A stretch of DNA of 64,000 bases from Opitutia bacterium (GCA_009928955.1 SABN01000002.1:8427-72426); one strand, 5' to 3'; positions 20,719 to 29,130 are shown, numbered from the stretch's first letter. Notes: generated by a model from the sequence alone, not told the origin. A program made the numbers and translations.

Positions 20719-22182
20719 ATGGATTCCTCAATCAAGGCTTTGCACAAAAACATCGCGGAATGGATGGCGGGGCCGACCGGCGCCGTGATCCTCCACGTGT
20801 CCCTGATCTTGGCGCTTCTTTTCTTGGTGGATTTTTCCACCACGCCCGACGATCCGACCATCGAGTTCAAATACGTGAAGGCCGATATGCCGCCGCTGGA
20901 TCCGGATCCCCCCCCGCTCCTGAAGCCGTTGGACAACATTGATCTGCCCCCGGAGATCACGCCTCCCGACGTCAATCTGGCGGATGTCCCGACCCCGCCC
21001 GAGACGGTCGATTTCACTCCGCCTTCTCCGGCGGCGGAATTCCCCGCCTTGGCGTTGGATCCCGCCATCAGCGTGGTCATCATCGAGGGCCTTCGTCCAG
21101 GAGCCATGGGCGACCGCGTCGGCGATGAAAACCGCAAGCGGGCCGGATTGACCCATGGAGGCGAGTGGGGCGCGGTTGCCGAAGCGGCGGTCCTGCGCGC
21201 CCTCGAGTGGCTCCGCGTCAACCAGAATCCGGACGGCTCGTGGGGCACGAGCGACCGGGAGGCCATGGCCGGGCTGGGCATCCTGACCTATCTGGCCCAC
21301 GGCGAAACCACCGCTTCGGAAAAGTACGGAGAGACGGTCACGCGCGCCATCCAATATCTCGTGGCGCGCCAGAACGAGGCCGGCGAATTCGCCAAGACGG
21401 ACACCACGGCTGGCACCTATTCGCAGGCCATCTGCGTGTATGCCTTGAGCGAGGCCTATGGCATGACCCGCATCCCCTCGCTCAAGCCCGCGATGGAGAA
21501 GGGCGCCGAGGTGCTCATCCAAGGCCAGCAGGCCAACGGCGGATTCGATTATCGCTTCGAAAAAGGCGCGCGCCGCGACACCTCGCTCGGCGGCTGGTGC
21601 AGCCAGGCGCTGAAGGCGGCCTTCATCGCCGGCGCGGAGAATCCCCGCCTGAAGACGGCGATGGATCTGGCCGTCGCCGACATGAAGTCCGTCCAGAAGG
21701 CGGACGGGAGCTTCTATTACAGCCACGTGGGCGCAAGCCATTCCACCCACGGCATCACGGCCGTGGCCGTGCTCAGCATGCAGCTTCTGGGGCATGGCCG
21801 GGAAAAGCCGGTCCAAGGCGGACTCGATTTCCTGCGCGACGCCACTTGCGACTGGAAGAACCCGCCCGATTGGCCGATGTATGCCTGGTACTACATTGCC
21901 CAGACCAAGTTCCATCAAGGCGGCGCCAGTTGGACCGGATGGAACAATCGGTTCGCCCCCCAGTTCATCCGCAACCAGAATCCCGACGGCAGCTGGAGTT
22001 CCGCCGGGCTTTCGTTGAAGGCGGGGGCCACCGGACGGGAGAACATGCATCCGGTCTATGCCACCACGATGGCCGCGCTGACCCTGCAGGTCTATTACCG
22101 GTTCCTGCCGACCTATCAGCCCATCGAGGAGCAGGCCGTCGACCAGAAGTCCGACGACGACGTGAAGGTCCAGATCCTGTAG
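20719..22182 (+). CDS. TonB-like anchor / prenyltransferase-repeat protein, copy 2 (tandem paralog)
   Basis: Same architecture as 19112..20593 and colinear over the full length. The anchor is GAVILHVSLILALLFLV (A-x3-H). It has its own RBS (AAGGAGG). Confidence 0.85.
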   Translation: MDSSIKALHKNIAEWMAGPTGAVILHVSLILALLFLVDFSTTPDDPTIEFKYVKADMPPLDPDPPPLLKPLDNIDLPPEITPPDVNLADVPTPPETVDFTPPSPAAEFPALALDPAISVVIIEGLRPGAMGDRVGDENRKRAGLTHGGEWGAVAEAAVLRALEWLRVNQNPDGSWGTSDREAMAGLGILTYLAHGETTASEKYGETVTRAIQYLVARQNEAGEFAKTDTTAGTYSQAICVYALSEAYGMTRIPSLKPAMEKGAEVLIQGQQANGGFDYRFEKGARRDTSLGGWCSQALKAAFIAGAENPRLKTAMDLAVADMKSVQKADGSFYYSHVGASHSTHGITAVAVLSMQLLGHGREKPVQGGLDFLRDATCDWKNPPDWPMYAWYYIAQTKFHQGGASWTGWNNRFAPQFIRNQNPDGSWSSAGLSLKAGATGRENMHPVYATTMAALTLQVYYRFLPTYQPIEEQAVDQKSDDDVKVQIL

Positions 22183-22202
22183 GACCCCGGAACCCCCGGC
22201 CT

Positions 22203-22240
22203 GCCGCGCGCGCCCTTCCCGGCGCGCGCCGTTTTTTCTC
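22203..22240 (+). terminator. rho-independent terminator (paralog of 20617..20648)
   Basis: GCGCGCGCC-CTTCC-CGGCGCGCGC stem-loop followed by a T run. Confidence 0.7.
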
Positions 22241-22275
22241 TATTTTTCCGCCGCGCTTTGCTAGAACCCACGTCT

Positions 22276-24057
22276 ATGCCCGGACCGGCCCCCATTCGAG
22301 TGCTCCCCGACGCGGTGATCAACCAGATCGCCGCGGGCGAGGTCGTGGAGCGCCCAGCGTCCGTCCTGAAGGAGCTCGTCGAGAATTCCATCGATGCCGG
22401 GGCCGCGCGCATCGAGGTGGAGGTGGTGGATGGCGGCCGGCGCCTGGTGCGCGTCCGCGACGACGGCGCCGGGATGGACCGCGACAACGCCTTGCTGTCC
22501 ATCGAGCGCCATGCGACCAGCAAGCTGCGCGAACTGAAGGATCTCGACACCATCGCCACGATGGGGTTCCGGGGCGAAGCGCTCGCGGCCATCGCGTCCG
22601 TCTCGCAGTTTTCGCTCACGACCAACCAGGCCGGGTCGGCGGCGGGCACCGAGATCCTGATCTTCGGCGGCAAGATCCAGGACGTGCGCGACGCGGGCGC
22701 TCCCCGCGGCACGGACATCGCCATCCGCAATCTCTTCTTCAACGTGCCCGCCCGCCGCAAGTTCCTGCGGTCCGCCCCGACGGAGTTCACGCACATCCGG
22801 CAGGCCTTCCTGCTGGAGGCGCTGGCGAACATCGGCATCGAATTCACGTTGCGGGCGGACGACGAAGACGTGTATCGCCTGCCCGCCGCCGAAAGCCTGC
22901 TGGACCGCATCCGCGACCTGTATGGCGCGGAAGTGGCCGGCCATTTGCGGCCCATCCGTTTCGGCAACGGGGTGGTGGAGATTGGCGGCCATGCCGGCAT
23001 TCCGCCGTACAGCCGCATGGACCGAGAACTGCAGGTCGTCTTCATCAATGGCCGCCCGTCGGGATCGCCCGTCGTCAATTTCGCCATCCAGAGCGCCTAT
23101 CGCGACGTGCTGCAGGGCGGCCGCTATGCGCCGCTCTTCCTGCACGTGAATCTGCCGCCCGACTTGGTGGATGTGAACGTCCATCCCGCCAAGAAGGAGG
23201 TCCGGTTCCGCCGGCCCACCGAAGTGCGCGATGTCATCATCGAAGCCATCCGGCTGGCGGTCGCCGGCCCCGAACTGCCCCGCGGCAAGCGCGACGACTT
23301 TCCGCGCGAATCCTCCCGCCCGCATGTGTATCTGCCGACCTCCGCCCCGATGGCCGCCCCTGCGCCGGCCGATGCGGCGGCGCCTTCCGCGCCGGCGCCC
23401 GTGGCCATGACGCAGCCCAATCTGGACTGGACGCCGCCGCCCGTGCCGGTCGCGGGCGAGACCGCCGTCCGCGCCGCGCCGTGGGCGGAATACCGCCTCA
23501 TGGGGCGCGTCGGCGGGCTGTATGTCGTCTTGGAAACCGCCGAGGGGCTCGTGCTGATGGATTCCCGCTCCGCGCATGAGCGCGTCATCTACGAGCGGCT
23601 GCTCGGCGCGCTGGAGAAGGGGAGCGTGCCGTCGCAGGGGCTGTTGCCGCCCGCGACCGTGCCGGTCACCCCCGCGCAGGGGAACGCCCTGCGCCAGCAT
23701 CTCGATCTGCTCAAGCGCATGGGATTCGGCGTGGCCGAGTTCGGCGCGGACACCTTCCTCGTGGACGCCTTGCCGGTCTGGGTGGCGGACGTGGCCGCCG
23801 GCACGCTCCTGTCCGATCTCGCCGACGGCCTGATGCAGGGCGGCAAGACGGCGGCCCAGGATTGGGCGCAGCCGCTGATCGCCTCCATCGCCGGGCGGCA
23901 GGCCGTCGGCCTCCAGCGCGAGCTGACCGACGCCGAGCTCAACGCCCTCATCCGCGACCTGGCCCGCACCGAGATGCCCTACACCTCGCCGCGCGGCAAG
24001 CCCACCGTCATTTTGCTCAGCCATCGGGAGCTGAACCGCAAATTCGGACGGGAGTGA
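22276..24057 (+). CDS. mutL: DNA mismatch repair protein MutL
   Basis: IRVLPDAVINQIAAGEVVERPASVLKELVENSIDAGA is a GHKL ATPase N-terminus. The C-terminal dimerisation domain ends ...CPHGRP-like SPRGKPTVI. Confidence 0.95.
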   Translation: MPGPAPIRVLPDAVINQIAAGEVVERPASVLKELVENSIDAGAARIEVEVVDGGRRLVRVRDDGAGMDRDNALLSIERHATSKLRELKDLDTIATMGFRGEALAAIASVSQFSLTTNQAGSAAGTEILIFGGKIQDVRDAGAPRGTDIAIRNLFFNVPARRKFLRSAPTEFTHIRQAFLLEALANIGIEFTLRADDEDVYRLPAAESLLDRIRDLYGAEVAGHLRPIRFGNGVVEIGGHAGIPPYSRMDRELQVVFINGRPSGSPVVNFAIQSAYRDVLQGGRYAPLFLHVNLPPDLVDVNVHPAKKEVRFRRPTEVRDVIIEAIRLAVAGPELPRGKRDDFPRESSRPHVYLPTSAPMAAPAPADAAAPSAPAPVAMTQPNLDWTPPPVPVAGETAVRAAPWAEYRLMGRVGGLYVVLETAEGLVLMDSRSAHERVIYERLLGALEKGSVPSQGLLPPATVPVTPAQGNALRQHLDLLKRMGFGVAEFGADTFLVDALPVWVADVAAGTLLSDLADGLMQGGKTAAQDWAQPLIASIAGRQAVGLQRELTDAELNALIRDLARTEMPYTSPRGKPTVILLSHRELNRKFGRE

Positions 24058-25286
24058 TGGACAAGACCCCGAAATCGATGCGCCTCCACATCGGCCTGTT
24101 CGGCCGGACCAACGCGGGGAAATCCACGTTCTTGAATCTGGTGGCGGGGCAGGACGTGGCCATCGTTTCGCCCCAGGCGGGCACCACGACCGATCCGGTG
24201 GAGAAGACGATGGAACTGCTGCCCGTCGGACCGGTGGTCTTCACGGACACCGGCGGGGTGGACGACGCCTCCGCGCTCGGCGACCAGCGGCGCGGAAAAA
24301 TGATGGCCGCGCTGCGCCGCATGGACGTGGCCGTGCTGATGGTGGAGCCCGACGTCTGGACGGAGCACGAGGACCGGCTTCTTCGCGAGATGAAGTCCGG
24401 CGCCCGTCCCTTCTTGGTCGTGGTGGGCAAGACGGATCTGCGGACGCCTTCGCCGGCCTTCCTCGCGCGGCTGAAAGCGGTGTCGCCGCACGTGATCGAA
24501 TCGACGGCGGTCCCCGGACAGCGGGACCGCGTGGTGAACGCCTTCAAGGCCGCGCTCGGGCAGCTGATGCCGGAAGGTTCGCTGCAGACGCCGGATTTCT
24601 TCGGCGGGGCGGTGCCGCCCGGCGGGATGGCGCTGCTGATCATTCCGGTGGACAAGGAGGCGCCCAAGGGGCGCCTGATCCTGCCCCAGGCGCAGGCGGT
24701 CCGCGCCGCGCTCGACGGCGGCGCCGTCGCGGTGGTGGCGCGGGAAACCGAATATCTCGCGGCCCTGGCCCGGCTGTCCGCTCCGCCGGATCTGGTGGTC
24801 TGCGATTCGCAGGTCGTCGACCGCATGGTGGCCGAGACGCCTCCGGACGTGCGTTGCACGACCTTTTCAATCCTGCTCGCGCGGCTGAAGGGCGACCTGC
24901 CCGCGATGGTGAAGGCCGCGCGGGGAATCGACGAGCTGCGGGACGGCGACCGGATCCTGATCGGCGAGGCTTGTTCGCATCATGCGAACGAGGACGACAT
25001 CGGCCGCCAGAAGATCCCGCGCTGGCTGAGGGAAAAGACCGGCAAGGCGTTGCAGATCGACGTGAGGGCCGGGCGCGATTGGCCGGCGGATCTGGAGCAG
25101 TACCAGCTCGTGATCCACTGCGGCGCCTGCATGCTGAACCGCCGCGAGATGCTCCACCGCCTGCAGACCGCTGCGGCGCGCGGCGTGCCCATGACCAACT
25201 ACGGCGTCGCCATCTCCCACCTGAAGGGCGTCCTGCCGCGCGTCCTCGAACCCTTCCCCGACGCGGCCGCCGCGCTGGACCCCTGA
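24057..25286 (+). CDS. hydF: [FeFe]-hydrogenase H-cluster maturation GTPase HydF
   Basis: GTPase motifs (GRTNAGKSTFLN, DTGG). APKGRLILPQ segment. C-terminal cluster motif CSHH...HCGACMLNRREM...MTNYGV. Colinear with Thermotoga HydF as I recall it. The ATG overlaps the mutL stop (TGATG). Confidence 0.9.
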   Translation: MDKTPKSMRLHIGLFGRTNAGKSTFLNLVAGQDVAIVSPQAGTTTDPVEKTMELLPVGPVVFTDTGGVDDASALGDQRRGKMMAALRRMDVAVLMVEPDVWTEHEDRLLREMKSGARPFLVVVGKTDLRTPSPAFLARLKAVSPHVIESTAVPGQRDRVVNAFKAALGQLMPEGSLQTPDFFGGAVPPGGMALLIIPVDKEAPKGRLILPQAQAVRAALDGGAVAVVARETEYLAALARLSAPPDLVVCDSQVVDRMVAETPPDVRCTTFSILLARLKGDLPAMVKAARGIDELRDGDRILIGEACSHHANEDDIGRQKIPRWLREKTGKALQIDVRAGRDWPADLEQYQLVIHCGACMLNRREMLHRLQTAAARGVPMTNYGVAISHLKGVLPRVLEPFPDAAAALDP

Positions 25287-25318
25287 GGATTCCATGCCGG
25301 ACGTCGCCGATCGCGCGG

Positions 25319-25442
25319 TTTTCCACGGTGTGGAAAAAAGTTTTCCACGGTGTGGAAAAAACGGGCCGGTTTTTCCACGCAATGGAAAACTTTTTTCGGT
25401 TTTTTCCACGCAATGGAAAAAAAGTTTCCACACTGTGGAAAA
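25319..25442. repeat. array of five TTTTCCAC-N3-(G/A)TGGAAAA palindromes
   Basis: Copies at 25319-25337, 25341-25359, 25371-25389, 25402-25420 and 25425-25442, separated by A/T-rich spacers. Read directly from the sequence. Confidence 0.9.
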
Positions 25443-25485
25443 CTTCCGCCGCCGGCTCCTGCGGCCGCCAACCGCAGGGGGGGCG

Positions 25486-26349
25486 GTGTGGCTCGCGCTG
25501 GCCGCGATGGGCCTGGGACTGGTCGCGGCTGCCGGGGCGGCCGCGCCGACGGGTGCGGAGCCCACGCTCGAGCTCGACAAGAAAGTTTATGTCCTGGGCG
25601 AAGCCATCCGGTTCTGGATCGGAGTGGCTCCGAAGGGGAACGAGCCGATTCCGGAGATCGAGGGGAACAGCTGTTTGCTGCATATCACGCGGCCGGATGG
25701 AACCCGCTCGGATTCCGCCGTGAGCTGGCCGTCGGATGGCGCGCTCGATCTGGGATGGACCGGCGGACAGGAGCTGCGGGGGGAGGAGATCCAGCTCGGG
25801 ACCTATTCGCTGTCCTTCGAATTCGCGGGGAAGCGGACGCCGCCGGTCGACCTGGTCGTGCGCGCGCTGCCCGCGCTTCGCGACGTTGCGGCGGAGTTCG
25901 TATTCGGCGCGCGAGGGGCGGTGGGGGCCGATGACTCGATTCCGGTCGTGCTGCGCGTGGCGAACCGCACGCCGCAGCTCCTCCGATTCCCCGTGTTTGG
26001 GGCGATCGGCACGACGATCTCCCTGCGGATCTACCGGACGGATCCGCCCCGGGGGGAGAGCTTGTTCTATCCGGACGAGTGGCTGCCGGACCCGAAAGCG
26101 GTCGCCTGCCCCGATGCAACGGGGTGGCGTCCCTTGGCCCGCACGCCGTTCATCGCCCTGCGGCCGGGGGAGACCTACGATGTGGAGTTGTCGATCCGTC
26201 CCGCCGATCGGTTCTGGGGGCCGGGGGAGTACGAGGTGGAGTTCTCCACCACGATTCCGCTGCTGCTGGGCGAGCCGGACGGGGAGTTCGCCGATGTCTG
26301 TCCGATCCGCCTGCGCGTGAGCGCGAAAGAGGACTTCACGATGCCGTGA
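25486..26349 (+). CDS. secreted hypothetical protein (Ig-like beta-sandwich domains)
   Basis: Track ORF 25294..26349 trimmed, because its first ~60 codons are just the palindrome array. Signal-like VWLALAAMGLGLVAAAGAAAP. The start is uncertain (GTG 25486 or ATG 25507). Confidence 0.6.
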   Translation: MWLALAAMGLGLVAAAGAAAPTGAEPTLELDKKVYVLGEAIRFWIGVAPKGNEPIPEIEGNSCLLHITRPDGTRSDSAVSWPSDGALDLGWTGGQELRGEEIQLGTYSLSFEFAGKRTPPVDLVVRALPALRDVAAEFVFGARGAVGADDSIPVVLRVANRTPQLLRFPVFGAIGTTISLRIYRTDPPRGESLFYPDEWLPDPKAVACPDATGWRPLARTPFIALRPGETYDVELSIRPADRFWGPGEYEVEFSTTIPLLLGEPDGEFADVCPIRLRVSAKEDFTMP

Positions 26350-26402
26350 GAGCGCGCGGCGGCGGATTTTGCGCTCGCGGGGCGGGGCGGGGATGTGCTT
26401 GA

Positions 26403-28511
26403 ATGATGGCCGAAATGCAGGCGTTGCGCATAGTGGCGGTGGGATTGGCCTGGGCGGGACTGCTGGGCGCGGGGTCCGCGCGCGCCGGGACCGAGACGTT
26501 CGACGGCACGGGGTTGAGCAACACATGGGTGGAAGCGGGGTCATTCACGGGGCAGCAGAATGTCGTGTGGACCTTTGCGCATGCCAGCGGCACCCCGACG
26601 GTCTATACGAACAACCCGTCCATCACCTTGCAGACGGGGTCTTCCACCAACAAAGGCTGGTTGCTGTCCGGAACGATCACGGGCGGGTGCTCGCAAGTGT
26701 CGGCGGCGTTCAAGCAGGTCTTGTCGGCCACCGCGGATTGCGTGGTGTTGGTGAACGGCATCCAGATCGCCAACTACAAGTCTTCCGGCGTGTTGGGCAG
26801 CACGCAGGTGGCGGCCTTCGCGGCGTTCGATGCCTCGAACCGGATCCCGTTCACGAACGAGTTCACCCTGATGGTTTCCAACCGCTTGGCATCGAGTGGC
26901 CGGATGGCGATCGACGATCTGACGTGGGAGCCGTTCCGGCTGTTCGCGCGGCTGCCGCAGACGAACGCCTACCCGGCCTACGCGGGGAAAGAGTTCGAAG
27001 TGGCGGCGACGGTGTACGACATCGGCCAGGCGTGGACGGGAGAATGGAGCATCGCGCCGGCCTTCGCGGGGGGGATGTGGAACGCGGACACGACGAATCT
27101 GCTGCTGATTCCCTCCGCGGAGGATGTCGGGAAGACCTTCACGCTTTCATTCGCGGCGACCGATCCGGATGGAACCGGATATGCCCACCGGGCGAGCTGC
27201 CCGATGACCGTGCTGGAGGGCCCGAGATGGGTGGACTTCGAGGGGGCGGCCTTCGGATACGACATCGGCGCCGGCCGGGTGACGAACCTCAACGGAATGA
27301 ATTGGAGATTCCTCAACGTCGCGACCAGCGATTCCACGGACCGGAAGATCGGGGCCACCTCGGCGCGGTTCAAGCATACGACGGCGTTGGCTGCTTCCAT
27401 GGAAAGCATGGACGCCTTTCCCGGCATCGGAACGGTGTCGTTGAACTTTGCCTGTTATCGGTCGAACCGGGTGGTCACCTTTTCGCTGCAGATCCGCGGC
27501 GACGGGGAGGAGTGGGCGGAGGTGCCGAACGGAACCTTCAACGTGGAGGGGCACGACGACATCACCAACAGCGTGTTTTCGGTGGACGTGGGGCGTTCGG
27601 ACGACGTGTGGATCCGCCTGATCTCGACGGGGAACGCGGAGCAGATCGCCAACATCGACAACGTCCGCGTCCGGCCCGCCAACGAGCTGCTGCCCCGGCT
27701 GGTCTTCAGCGGGGAGACGAATGCGCCGGTCGGATGGGAGACCGTGCTGGAGTTCACGCTGCAGAATGCGGAGGCGGTCTTGCGGGAATGGACCTGGTCG
27801 ATGGTGCCGTCGAACGCGCACGCCGTGTTCACGGCCGATGACCACGGGCCGTTGCGGTTGCGGTTTTCGCCGGTGGATGCCAACGAATGGGACGACTACG
27901 AGGTGACCGTGTCGGCGAGCATCCCCGGCGTCGGCGCGGTCGGGGCGACGAGCGTGACGGTCCGCGTGGTTTCTCCGCCGACCTTCGAGCTGGTGCCGCG
28001 GGCCACGAACATCGCCGTGCCCGGGATCGTGGACATCAAGACGACCAATGTGGCGCTGCATGGGGGCGGGACCGACTGGGACAACGAGTGGTCCCTCTCG
28101 CCGCCGTTTGAAAAGCCTCCTTCCAAGAATCAGCGGAACTGGTACCGGATCGTCGGCGGCACGACCGAGGCCGACGTCGGTCCGCACACGGTGACGGCGG
28201 TGCTGACCGATCGGGGCACGGGCGTGACCACCACCAACGAACTCGTGCTGGTCGTGACGGGCGGCGGCGGCGGCGGCCTCACGAACGAGGTGTACGAGAT
28301 CGTGTCGTGCAGCGCGACGAACGTGGTGGTCAATGGCCGGACCGGGCGGGTGTTCCGGGTGGTGGGGACGACCAACCTGATGCTGTCCCAGTGGTCGTGG
28401 CAGGGGCCGCCCGTGACCAACGCCGATGGCGCGGATGTGTGGCTGGACTTGCCGACGGCCAACGAGGAGCGCGTCTTCTTCTATGGCGTCAAGGTGAGCG
28501 AAGCGCCTTGA
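26403..28511 (+). CDS. secreted hypothetical protein with two jelly-roll-like domains, Ig-like repeats and a C-terminal ...FFYGVKV module
   Basis: Signal peptide MMAEMQALRIVAVGLAWAGLLGAGSARA. 702 aa. Beta-rich with no catalytic motifs recognised. Confidence 0.75.
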   Translation: MMAEMQALRIVAVGLAWAGLLGAGSARAGTETFDGTGLSNTWVEAGSFTGQQNVVWTFAHASGTPTVYTNNPSITLQTGSSTNKGWLLSGTITGGCSQVSAAFKQVLSATADCVVLVNGIQIANYKSSGVLGSTQVAAFAAFDASNRIPFTNEFTLMVSNRLASSGRMAIDDLTWEPFRLFARLPQTNAYPAYAGKEFEVAATVYDIGQAWTGEWSIAPAFAGGMWNADTTNLLLIPSAEDVGKTFTLSFAATDPDGTGYAHRASCPMTVLEGPRWVDFEGAAFGYDIGAGRVTNLNGMNWRFLNVATSDSTDRKIGATSARFKHTTALAASMESMDAFPGIGTVSLNFACYRSNRVVTFSLQIRGDGEEWAEVPNGTFNVEGHDDITNSVFSVDVGRSDDVWIRLISTGNAEQIANIDNVRVRPANELLPRLVFSGETNAPVGWETVLEFTLQNAEAVLREWTWSMVPSNAHAVFTADDHGPLRLRFSPVDANEWDDYEVTVSASIPGVGAVGATSVTVRVVSPPTFELVPRATNIAVPGIVDIKTTNVALHGGGTDWDNEWSLSPPFEKPPSKNQRNWYRIVGGTTEADVGPHTVTAVLTDRGTGVTTTNELVLVVTGGGGGGLTNEVYEIVSCSATNVVVNGRTGRVFRVVGTTNLMLSQWSWQGPPVTNADGADVWLDLPTANEERVFFYGVKVSEAP

Positions 28512-29130
28512 GCGCTTTTCCGGCGGGGAGGGGATCGGGGAACCGCCCGCGGTGGGCGAAATGGTAGGCGGTGGCGGCGAAGACCGCGCCCAGGCCGTCG
28601 GCCAGCATGTCCTTCTGCGCATCCCAGATGTCGCCCTGCGAACCGAGGAATTCCGCCCCGGCCACCGGATCGGCTGAAACGGCATAGAGCCATTCGACGA
28701 TCTCGAAGAGACCGGCCACGGCCAAAATCAGGGCGAGGGCGAACCAGAGGCTGAATCCCCGGTTGGCGCTGAGGCGGCGGCTTTCAATGAACTCGAGGAT
28801 GGCGTAGGCGTAGAAGCCGACCGAGAAATGGGCGATGCGGTCGAAATGGTTGCGCTCGGCTCCGATCAGGTTGGTGAACCAATCGAAGGGCACTTCCGAA
28901 AAGGTGTAATGTCCGCCGATGGTGTGCAGAAAAATGAGCACGGCCATGAAGAGATAGGCGGCGTTGGAAAAGCGGACGCCCTTGAGATACAGCCAGACCA
29001 AGGGCGCCACGATGAGCAGCACGGTGACGTTTTCAGCAATCCAAGTGGGGCGCGAAACCGGGCGGATGGCCAGAACGGCGAATTGAATTAGATAGAGCGC
29101 GAAAAGCAAAACCGGCAGCTTGTTTCTCAT
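28489..29130 (-). CDS. DUF2238/YjdF-like integral membrane protein
   Basis: MRNKLPVLLFALYLIQFAVLAIRPVSRPTWIAEN...FLHTIGGHYTFSEVPF...ERNHFDRIAHF. Multi-pass membrane protein. Start at 29130. Confidence 0.75.
   Translation of the reverse strand: MRNKLPVLLFALYLIQFAVLAIRPVSRPTWIAENVTVLLIVAPLVWLYLKGVRFSNAAYLFMAVLIFLHTIGGHYTFSEVPFDWFTNLIGAERNHFDRIAHFSVGFYAYAILEFIESRRLSANRGFSLWFALALILAVAGLFEIVEWLYAVSADPVAGAEFLGSQGDIWDAQKDMLADGLGAVFAATAYHFAHRGRFPDPLPAGKALKALRSP

Noticed and set aside
25319-25442. Possible CRISPR array
   Set aside because: The repeats are only about 19 bp and the spacers only 3-12 bp and A/T-rich. There are no cas genes. The repeats are themselves perfect palindromes found singly elsewhere.
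25294-25485. N-terminal ~64 codons of track ORF 25294..26349 (FHGVEKSFPRCGKNG...)
   Set aside because: This 'peptide' is just the palindrome array read in frame. The same words appear in several frames and on both strands. The gene start was moved downstream to the signal-peptide region.
24640-26544. 634-aa minus ORF. Also 53366..55570 (-), 49076..51280 (+), 61425..63770 (+), 22261..24024 (-), 21165..23579 (+)
   Set aside because: These are shadow ORFs opposite or out of frame with hydF, frr/M23, the TRAP genes, rny/5-FCL and mutL. All have Arg/Pro/Gly-dominated composition.
28489-28511. 23-bp convergent overlap of the 702-aa secreted protein gene and the DUF2238 gene
   Set aside because: This is a simple 3'-end overlap of convergent genes. 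I see nothing to indicate function beyond compaction.
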